Virus record (IMG/VR): IMGVR_UViG_3300044302_000993
Location: 1-24,465 of that record
DNA length: 24,465 nucleotides
From: a virus
Lineage: Duplodnaviria > Caudoviricetes
Direction: 5' to 3' (one strand)
Shown here: positions 17,701 through 24,465 of the stretch, one piece after another
How the letters are laid out: each line of letters opens with the position of its first letter
How positions within the stretch are numbered: the first letter of the stretch is position 1
The notes under the pieces: model-generated
Seen by the model: only the letters and a program-made list of their open reading frames with translations
What the model was told of the DNA's origin: nothing
Database searches by the model: none
Made by a program: the position numbers and the translations under genes

Positions 17701-20700
17701 AATTGTTCTTCTGAAATAACTCTTGCTGTCCAAGCAAATCTTAATAGTTGAAGTGGTTTCCATAATTGAGTAACAGCATTGTTTGCATAACGTGTTAAAG
17801 CTGTATTAACTAATTTATCGTATTCATCTGCTGCTGCTCCTGTTTTTTGTCTTTTATATAAGACTCTTGCTAAACGTCTTGTTAATGCATTACTTACAAT
17901 ATTTCCTGCGTTAGCTGCATCTTGTATCATTTGTACTTCATCTAATTGTCCAAATACAGAAAGAATATCTCCATCATATTGTTGTGGTCTTTCATTACCT
18001 GTAATTCTTTTATAGTTTTCATATAATTCATCTCTTGCTTTTTGTTGTAATTTTTCTATATGTTTTCTAGGATTTTTAATTTTAGCAGTATCTATATCAG
18101 ATAACGTTGGATATTTCCAACCTGTTAAAAATTCTGCAAACTCTTTATTCTTTCTTGCTGCTATAGCAAAATCATCATCGTATACATTATCTACTAACTT
18201 AATAAATTTATTTTCTTTATCTAATATTTGAGGAAGGTCTATTCTTTTAGGCATAAACGGTAACTTATTTAAACCAGTTAACGAATATAAATTATTTCTA
18301 AAACTTCCAAGTATTCTATAAACTTCTCCCATATCAGGAAGTGGAATATTACCTGTCATCATTTCTGTCATAAGTTGTGCTGTTGGTTGTGCTACTTCAG
18401 CGTCTCCATCATAAGTTCTATAAATAAAATCTTCTATTTCATCTCTAGTTCCTTTAGATGTTAATTCATCTAATTCATCAATTCTTTGTTGTACATCAGC
18501 TAATCGTTTATGAGTAGCAGAAGGAGGTTTACTCTTAGCACCTGTAAATGCTACATCTATAACTTCATCCCCAACTAATCCAACCCAATATTTTCTTGCA
18601 TCTCTAATCTCTGCAATAAATTTTGTAACACCATTAGATACTTCTTTACCATGACCTTTAGCTGCTAGAAGTTTTGTAAGCTCATCTAAAATACCACCTG
18701 GGTCATCTTTAGAGCCAAGTAAAATATTATACATTTCTTCTGTTAATCTAATTTTTGAATATGGTTGTCCATCCATAACAGAAATATTCATACGTCTACT
18801 AGCATTTGCTAAGTCTTTATATATTTTACCTTTTTGTTTACTACTAAAAGGTAGGCTTCTTACTAATTTTTCTACTCCTTTAAATGCTAAAACATGAGAA
18901 TGTGTATTAATATTTCCAGGTGCAATTTCTTTAAACAATCTAAATAATTTGCTATCACTTGCTTTTCTTCTAGCTACAGCACCAACACCTAGAAAATCTC
19001 CCATATCAGAGAAATCAATTCTTCCTCCGTCATCTACAAGTTTGTTATTTCTATTTATATATTTACCTATTCTTTTAGATGCACCACCTTTAAATGTATA
19101 TGAATATGGGTCTAAACGTTTTGAAATATTACCTGCTCTAACTTCTTTTGCTATAAGGTCTCCAATTTCATCTGCACTTCCTGCAGTTAATATATCGTCA
19201 ATCATATCAACAGATACATCAGGCATTATTCTTCTTATGTCTTCGTGATTTAATCCACCTTTTTGAATATTGTCATGTAAAAAATTATAAATCTTTTTAC
19301 CTGTATCTATATGCCACTCTTCAAATATTGTTTTATTTAATGAAGGTCTTACCCAACTAGAAAGACCTGCTGCTTTTTTGCCAGTAAATATTTCTTTACC
19401 ATCCATATGTGTTATTAAACCTTTACCCATAGATTCATAAACACTTTCATTTAAACCTTTTTCATAAGACATTAATGCTGCTTCTTTTTTCATAGTTGAA
19501 TCAAGCGTTGCAATATCTACATCTATTTTATCTATTCTGTCTGTATAATCATTTACTCTTTTTAAATCATTGCCTTTAGGGTCATAACTTGTTCTTAATA
19601 ATATTTCATCTTTTTGTTTTTTTAAATCTATTTTTTCTTTATATAATGCTCTAACTTCTTTATCATTACCAAATGTTCTTGCAGTTTTAACTCTTTTGCC
19701 ATAAAGTTTTTGTGTTGCTTTAGTTCCTAAACCTCTATAATTTAAAATATGTTCTGCTTCATGAGCTAATATAAAATCTAATACTTCATCAGCACTTTTA
19801 AATTTCATACCATTTTCCATCATTCCAGGACCATTTGTAACAAAATCTCCTACTTCATAATTCTTAGACCATTCTGTCATCCACTTACCACCTGGGTCAT
19901 CTATTTTATATTTTGCATCTCCAACTGATTGTAAATATTTGCTTCCATCTTTAGCTTTTTTAACTTCAAATATTCTTTTGGTTTGTAATATTTCCTTATC
20001 TATAAATATTTGATGTCTACTTCCATACCTATTGTTAGCTAAAGTAGTTTTTTGTAATCCAAGACCAAAAGGTCTATATTTTAAATCTGAAACATCTTTT
20101 ACTTTTCCATCTATTAAAACATCTGCAGGTACTGCTACTCCTCCTTTATCAGCTTTAATATTCTGTGTTACTACTTTTCCATTTTTATTTCTAGCCCATA
20201 TATTTTTATTACCTGTATTTCCACCTTTACGAGATAGTTCTCTTACTTCATCCCATGTATAAATCTTTTGATGGTCTATTATTTCACTACCAACATCAGC
20301 ATGTCTTATAACAACATTTCCATTAGCATCTTTAATTTTAACTTTTTGAAATACATCAGCTTCTAATATTCTTCTAGCTTTAGCCATGCCTGCACCTTGT
20401 TCAGCAAGTTCTGCTACTTTAAATTTTCTACCTTTGCTTGTCATTCTTACAGCCCAACCTCCTACTAAATTGGCAGGGTCAAGACCTAATGTAACTACAC
20501 CATCAATAAGACCTGATAAAAATTTATATCTATCTGTACCTGGCTCTGCTAAATTCATAGCAGTTACTCTACCTGGACTAATAGTTACGCCTTTATATAG
20601 GTTTCCTTCAACAGCTTCTCTCTCTATTGCTGTAATAGGCGCACCTAATTGTTGTTGTATAACATTTTCTATTTCAGCTAATTGTTCAGGGTCTTGAATC

Positions 20701-21353
20701 TGTGCAGCAATTTCTTTATAAATTTCTGTATCTTTAGCTAATGTAGAATTACCAAAATAACCTTCTCCTAAATTTACTCTTTCACCTTTAGCTAATTGTC
20801 TTATTGCACGTCCTGCTTGTGTAGGACCAAGTTTTTTTAAATTATCTCTATACTCGTCTCCTAATCCCATTGCACTAAACATTAGTTCATCACCTTGTCC
20901 TGCACCTATAATGCTTCCAAACATTGCACCCCATGCATGTATGGGTGATTTACCTGCATCTATTAATGTTCTAGCTCCTGCTTGAAAAGGTCTTTTAACT
21001 AAATATTCTGCTAAAGAATCCATTCCAACAAAAGCTGAACGTACGAGTCCTCTACCTACTGCTCTTACTTTAGGAGCAAACTTTTTTTGATTTTCACTTT
21101 CAATTTCTAATTGTCTATTTATAAGTGCAGCTATTTCAGGATTATCTGATTTAAATCCCATAAGTGCGCCACCAATTAATATATCTCTAGGTAGTATATT
21201 TCCGTGTTTATTTGTTAAGTCTTCTAAATTTTCACCTATTTCAGGTTTTTCTTCAATGACTTTTCTTACAGCTTTGAATTGAGATTCTCTAGTTTTTCTA
21301 AGATTATAATTATTTAATTCTTGGTCTATTGGGTCGTAACCAAATATTGCCAT
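14724..21353 (-). CDS. Giant internal virion / DNA ejection protein, polyvalent-protein-like (2209 aa)
   Basis: Uninterrupted 6.6-kb, mostly helical ORF with GAGG RBS; SGLIDGVVTLGLDPANLVG segment, HEAEH (HExxH) motif, and C-terminal LFPFAEV...W segment reminiscent of large phage ejection proteins. Confidence 0.6.
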   Translation of the reverse strand: MAIFGYDPIDQELNNYNLRKTRESQFKAVRKVIEEKPEIGENLEDLTNKHGNILPRDILIGGALMGFKSDNPEIAALINRQLEIESENQKKFAPKVRAVGRGLVRSAFVGMDSLAEYLVKRPFQAGARTLIDAGKSPIHAWGAMFGSIIGAGQGDELMFSAMGLGDEYRDNLKKLGPTQAGRAIRQLAKGERVNLGEGYFGNSTLAKDTEIYKEIAAQIQDPEQLAEIENVIQQQLGAPITAIEREAVEGNLYKGVTISPGRVTAMNLAEPGTDRYKFLSGLIDGVVTLGLDPANLVGGWAVRMTSKGRKFKVAELAEQGAGMAKARRILEADVFQKVKIKDANGNVVIRHADVGSEIIDHQKIYTWDEVRELSRKGGNTGNKNIWARNKNGKVVTQNIKADKGGVAVPADVLIDGKVKDVSDLKYRPFGLGLQKTTLANNRYGSRHQIFIDKEILQTKRIFEVKKAKDGSKYLQSVGDAKYKIDDPGGKWMTEWSKNYEVGDFVTNGPGMMENGMKFKSADEVLDFILAHEAEHILNYRGLGTKATQKLYGKRVKTARTFGNDKEVRALYKEKIDLKKQKDEILLRTSYDPKGNDLKRVNDYTDRIDKIDVDIATLDSTMKKEAALMSYEKGLNESVYESMGKGLITHMDGKEIFTGKKAAGLSSWVRPSLNKTIFEEWHIDTGKKIYNFLHDNIQKGGLNHEDIRRIMPDVSVDMIDDILTAGSADEIGDLIAKEVRAGNISKRLDPYSYTFKGGASKRIGKYINRNNKLVDDGGRIDFSDMGDFLGVGAVARRKASDSKLFRLFKEIAPGNINTHSHVLAFKGVEKLVRSLPFSSKQKGKIYKDLANASRRMNISVMDGQPYSKIRLTEEMYNILLGSKDDPGGILDELTKLLAAKGHGKEVSNGVTKFIAEIRDARKYWVGLVGDEVIDVAFTGAKSKPPSATHKRLADVQQRIDELDELTSKGTRDEIEDFIYRTYDGDAEVAQPTAQLMTEMMTGNIPLPDMGEVYRILGSFRNNLYSLTGLNKLPFMPKRIDLPQILDKENKFIKLVDNVYDDDFAIAARKNKEFAEFLTGWKYPTLSDIDTAKIKNPRKHIEKLQQKARDELYENYKRITGNERPQQYDGDILSVFGQLDEVQMIQDAANAGNIVSNALTRRLARVLYKRQKTGAAADEYDKLVNTALTRYANNAVTQLWKPLQLLRFAWTARVISEEQLRMYAADLDNVWTSPISLFAYAFGQKASKDVLGGNIKMSLLHDAAMSRGSQGIMMRKSTSIDRFYDVVRKKIALGDSASRGRYAQGWSTEITHLAEDDIAVEIAKILGGVKGKNFNTLDDLADFLVNPENLREDLYRVYQDWGASGDLISGPMRKQIVSDKDRTLEFLEGVAARITDKTGGTFRKYILKDGKKIEIPLGASYKSKDGGLPLRMYYEIVDSGNKEIIEGIATGRVSFFQRVDDSGEEVFRQINLKNMSDNDYKALKAELGRRAELGPEVVKVSRRLDKTALEKTAQGSREFVEKMFNLFMSAPTNKLSRSPAFKQFYWRHVADAADRLDPRALESIIDNARKAKVNKKVIKELEQATGQIGGYNLNNLNDFDELMKAAALTDVEELLYNLNKRSEFSQALELLFPFAEVHKEIAGTWTRLIRENPTKLRKMQITVDSLKESDPTNFDAFGGDSSDDSQAFIYTDPLTGEEIYTIPVVDTVFNNMFQKISNVPGSASADNIDSVLQGSDENLRGLMESGFPKTGADVRMRTVGFTSSANIVAGGIIPGVGPAIQIPAKYLLPNDKEKDAIYQTIFPYGEPETVLDSFIPSWLKKVIGAFDAGPESWRRQYTNAAKDILKAKILSGQIVINDENDMLEALKIIKRQATIFTVLRGVTQGVSLTGGSFRFEAAVSPGGEMYMNPALMRERGLDPDGRYFAFNVLASQYYRMYAENNGDNVKTTQQFGDMFGYDPTALLISKSKEIIRTPYTIDNIDYSRTNKTMQYAYEKYTDVAYYLSPDIPIDEFSYKAFIESFDDDNISGYTARYDLGIDEWAALYNVVAGKFAMENFRRAISDPSNTRQYIASSKLRDEMIFRANKSLEEIFPGYGVKPRTASPTDYESLEKQLRKMIFDPNIYKEHREFVETTNIYLASLDAMRSSLESKTGTRSKVETNFFSYTQRQALENKAKELYTQYPQWIYIWEDVFRPQLQEDQSKLLLGGSNLP

Positions 21354-21354
21354 G

Positions 21355-21687
21355 CTACCTCATCAATGCCGTTGCTTCTTCACTACCTCCCAGTAAATCG
21401 TTTATACTTGCTAGTATAGCATTAGTCCTGTCAATACTCTCGGGTTTATCAACCTCATATCCTTCTACTGGTGGCAATTCATCTAATGGATTTATAAATG
21501 TTTTATCTGTAGTTTTAAATGCATTGCCTGCATTAGGAGAAATTTTAGTTGCATCCATCATGCCATCTGTTGCTATTAAATCATCTGTTCCTTCAAGTGG
21601 AACTTCTTTTAACATTCTTTCTCTATCTGCTGAACCTTCACCTCTTTGCATGTCTATGCCAAAAGCACCTTTAGAACCTCTACTCAT
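21355..21687 (-). CDS. Hypothetical protein (110 aa)
   Basis: GAGG RBS; overlaps the upstream ORF by 8 nt and ends 1 nt before the next ATG; low complexity. Confidence 0.65.
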   Translation of the reverse strand: MSRGSKGAFGIDMQRGEGSADRERMLKEVPLEGTDDLIATDGMMDATKISPNAGNAFKTTDKTFINPLDELPPVEGYEVDKPESIDRTNAILASINDLLGGSEEATALMR

Positions 21688-21910
21688 TTATATCTTCCTC
21701 AATCCATATCATTTGTAACCTTCCATATCCAGGAACATACATAATTGTTAAACCATCCATGTTTTCCCATTCTTCTTGTTGTTCTTTTTCTTTATTTAAA
21801 TTATCATTAAGATACAATTCTGCAACATCCATTCTGTTTATATCCCATTCTTCTGACGTCACCATTTCATGAAATTGTAAATTGTATTCATTAAAATCAG
21901 GTATTGACAT
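21680..21910 (-). CDS. Hypothetical acidic protein (76 aa)
   Basis: GGAGG RBS inside the end of the portal gene; TAATG coupling. Confidence 0.65.
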   Translation of the reverse strand: MSIPDFNEYNLQFHEMVTSEEWDINRMDVAELYLNDNLNKEKEQQEEWENMDGLTIMYVPGYGRLQMIWIEEDINE

Positions 21911-23694
21911 TATCCACCTCCTGGTGTTGGTAATGCACCTTGATTAATCATACCTAAAATATCTGCAGGGTTAGGCGGTTGTCCACCTTGTTGAGGAGGA
22001 GGTCCACCAGGACCACCTGGTCCACCCATTTGTGTTAATGCCATTTCCTGTGGATTCATTTGAGGTTCTTCTACTGTAAAAAATTTCTTTAATATAGTTG
22101 CCATTTTTCCTGGACTTGCATAAATGTCTACTAATGCCATAGATGCTTTTGCATCACCTTGACTTGCTTGAGCTAATAAAGAATCAAACATTACATCTTC
22201 TGCTTTTTCTTTTGTAATCTTTTCATTTATAGATACTAAATCTTCAAGACCATCCATTTCGCGTTGCATAGTTTCTTTATCAATAATACCTGCTTGTAAT
22301 AATTGTAAACCTGTAATAACTTTACTTGCTTCATCAAATGTAGCCATAGCTCCATACTTACGTCTTGTTGTATAGTTGCCACCTATATCTGTTGCAGGTG
22401 TATAGTTTTCTGAAAATGCAGAACCTTTAATTGTTCCAACTAATGGTTTTCTTTTATTTAAAGCTAACTCATCTAATTCTAATCTTTTAGAATCTATATC
22501 TTGCAAAGCATGTTGTAATACTGTGTGATATTCATTTACCATTGCACCAATGCCTTGATTTAATTCTTCTAGTCCTCTACCAGTTACAAAGCTGTTAGGA
22601 GATATTGCATCGTCAGTTACAGGGTAACCTGCTACAGTTCTTAAATGTCTTTCAATTCTTGATACAGATTCAAATAATTGATAAGGTAAATTGTTTACAG
22701 GTTTAATTACCTGTGAACCTGGTGTTAAATAATTAATAGCATTTCTACCTTTTCTATATTGACCTGACTCAATTTCACCAACTACATTGGTTTCTGTAAA
22801 TACAGCGTCTTCCATAGCAATAACTGACATAATGTTAATTTTTGCCATTGCGCCCATTAATCCAATGACTTGGTCAAACTGTCCTTGTATTTGGTCAAAT
22901 GCATATCTTTTAGCACAAACAAATGATGGTCCTGATTTAAGTGGATTAGGTACAAAATCAACAACTGTTTTAGAATCTACATGTGTAACGTATGTTCCTT
23001 CTTCATTAATGTATTCAACAATAATATCACCTAAATCTCCTGAATTATCCCATGAACCTGCACCTCCATCTGTGTACAAGCCATGTCTAAAAAATTCACT
23101 TTCTTCTGTACCTTTATCTTTTTTATTAAAAAATGATTTAAGTTCAGGATACATTTTAATTAAATCAGGTATTGGAACTTTTCTAATATTTACAAGTTCA
23201 TCAGCCATTTGACTGTTTCCATTGTATCCAGGGAAAGTAGAGTAAGGGTCACGTAATTCAGCACATGGATATAGATTACCTTCTGTATCAGACTTAGATG
23301 TTATAACCCAAACTACAAAACCATAACCTGGCAACCATCTTGCTATTTGTGGCATTTGTAATTCTAATTTTTGATATTGGTCGTATGATGTAACAATTCT
23401 TTCTAGTTTATCTTTTTTGTTTTTATTTCTTTCACTATCTCTTGGATTAGTAATATGAACATCTAAAGCAGGAACACGTCCTATTTTTTGTGCAAGTCTA
23501 TCTAAAGCTGATACTAATAAGTTAGGAGCAGGTAAATTTTCTGATTCTTGATTACCTGACATGTTTCCTAATAAAGCTGCTATTCCTTCAGCTCCACCAT
23601 TCATAATAGCTCTAAATCTTGCTCTATCAGGCAATGCTTCGTCATGCATTTTCTTTAGGAATAATGCCCTATCTATAATTTCATTTGTTAGCAA
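21910..23694 (-). CDS. Portal protein (594 aa, TTG start)
   Basis: Immediately after the terminase; PNLLVSALDRLAQKIG, WLPGYGFVVW, ELRDPY, VTGRGLEEL segments and a disordered Pro/Gln/Gly tail typical of podovirus-like portals; GGAG 5 nt before TTG. Confidence 0.8.
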   Translation of the reverse strand: MLTNEIIDRALFLKKMHDEALPDRARFRAIMNGGAEGIAALLGNMSGNQESENLPAPNLLVSALDRLAQKIGRVPALDVHITNPRDSERNKNKKDKLERIVTSYDQYQKLELQMPQIARWLPGYGFVVWVITSKSDTEGNLYPCAELRDPYSTFPGYNGNSQMADELVNIRKVPIPDLIKMYPELKSFFNKKDKGTEESEFFRHGLYTDGGAGSWDNSGDLGDIIVEYINEEGTYVTHVDSKTVVDFVPNPLKSGPSFVCAKRYAFDQIQGQFDQVIGLMGAMAKINIMSVIAMEDAVFTETNVVGEIESGQYRKGRNAINYLTPGSQVIKPVNNLPYQLFESVSRIERHLRTVAGYPVTDDAISPNSFVTGRGLEELNQGIGAMVNEYHTVLQHALQDIDSKRLELDELALNKRKPLVGTIKGSAFSENYTPATDIGGNYTTRRKYGAMATFDEASKVITGLQLLQAGIIDKETMQREMDGLEDLVSINEKITKEKAEDVMFDSLLAQASQGDAKASMALVDIYASPGKMATILKKFFTVEEPQMNPQEMALTQMGGPGGPGGPPPQQGGQPPNPADILGMINQGALPTPGGG

Positions 23695-23695
23695 T

Positions 23696-24465
23696 TTAAC
23701 TCCATGGTGCTTCGTTCCATTCTACTACATCAAAGTCCTTGTAGCTAGGAATGTAATCAATTCCTATCTCTGCGTATTGAGCTTTTTGTAGTTTTCTAAA
23801 TACTTTCATAGGAAACCAACTTGCCATTACTATGTCAGATTTATATTTGTTAGAACCTGACATTGCAAAATACATAAGTTGTTTTCTATACATCTCTGTT
23901 TTTACTTGAGATTCTGTGTTTCCATAAGGCAACCTAATAAGTTTATCATTAAACATTGGTGCAAGTGAAGAAACACCAAAATGACTATCCCATTTATTTT
24001 TATAAGTTTCATGCCCTTCTATCTGTACACCTGTTTTATTAGCAAATTCTTTTATTCTTGGGTCTTGTCTAATAGCTTTTTGAAAATTGTTTTCTTCAAT
24101 AACCCAATGATATAAGTCATACTTTTGATGCCATTCTTTAATAACTCTTAGAGCTTCATCAATACCACCACCTTGTTGGTTTTCTACATCTACCATTTGT
24201 AACAAGGCATCTCCACCATCATCAAGTATTGCCCATAAAAATGCAGCTTGATAACCTGTAGCAGCAGGGTCTAGTCCTGCAACTAAATAACTATTCTTTG
24301 GTATGTTTCCAATATTAATTGAGCGGTCCATACAATTAGTAATTGACTCTACATCAAAAATATTTGCACCTGCTTCACCAGGTCTATTCATATAGACCAT
24401 CTCAAATCTTTGTTGTCCACCAGTAGTCATAGCATCTCTTTTACGTGATATCAACCATTTGTCCT
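23696..24465 (-). CDS. terL: Terminase large subunit, C-terminal RNase H-like nuclease domain (5'-truncated)
   Basis: FEMVYMNRP, VAGLDPA, WVIEENNFQ and SDIVMASWF motifs. The frame stays open to the window edge (GAC AAA TGG TTG), so the TTG at 24454 is not the true start. Confidence 0.88.
   Translation of the reverse strand, partial: DKWLISRKRDAMTTGGQQRFEMVYMNRPGEAGANIFDVESITNCMDRSINIGNIPKNSYLVAGLDPAATGYQAAFLWAILDDGGDALLQMVDVENQQGGGIDEALRVIKEWHQKYDLYHWVIEENNFQKAIRQDPRIKEFANKTGVQIEGHETYKNKWDSHFGVSSLAPMFNDKLIRLPYGNTESQVKTEMYRKQLMYFAMSGSNKYKSDIVMASWFPMKVFRKLQKAQYAEIGIDYIPSYKDFDVVEWNEAPWS

Larger units (their letters stand above)
1..24465 (-). mobile_element. Tailed dsDNA bacteriophage (Caudoviricetes) packaging, head and tail module; podovirus-like, phage or prophage
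   Basis: About 23 tightly packed co-oriented minus-strand ORFs with TAATG/ATGA overlaps. Recognisable terminase, portal, scaffold, capsid, adaptor, nozzle and fibre genes. No tape measure, tail tube or sheath gene recognised; no host genes or integrase in the window. Confidence 0.95.

Noticed and set aside
14724-21353. 2209-aa ORF as a tape measure protein or virion RNA polymerase
   Set aside because: No adjacent tail tube or chaperone genes, no tape-measure repeats, and no DxDGD or other polymerase motif recognised.
641-23791. All plus-strand ORFs in the track (e.g. 641..841, 7103..7360, 8110..8382, 8455..8757, 20386..20697, 21329..21718, 22787..23212)
   Set aside because: They are antisense shadows of well-supported minus-strand genes, with Ser/Pro/Ile-rich composition and no recognisable motifs.
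1-24465. Stop-codon reassignment, or diversity-generating retroelement targeting of the fibre genes
   Set aside because: TAA, TAG and TGA all end genes at tight junctions and ORFs tile fully under the standard code; no reverse transcriptase or template/variable repeat pair was seen.

Overview
The whole 24.5 kb window is one minus-strand virion morphogenesis module of a low-GC (roughly one-third G+C by eye) tailed dsDNA phage, most likely with a short podovirus-like tail. In transcription order (right to left): terminase large subunit (truncated at the window edge), portal, two small ORFs, five putative internal/ejection proteins (2209, 538, 294, 409, 416 aa; carrying an HExxH motif, two peptidoglycan-binding motifs and a lysozyme-like domain), a promoter and a ~160-nt highly structured leader RNA, scaffold, SU10/DUF5309-like major capsid protein, terminator, two small proteins, adaptor, beta-propeller nozzle, and a modular tail-fibre/receptor-binding cassette of small, partly paralogous genes. 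No tRNA, rRNA, CRISPR array, integrase or transposase was seen. The most notable observations are the multi-hairpin leader RNA with possible kissing-loop and pseudoknot contacts upstream of scaffold/capsid, apparent total GATC avoidance, and a split tail-fibre system with a shared N-terminal docking peptide. All protein calls come from motif recognition and gene order, not database searches.
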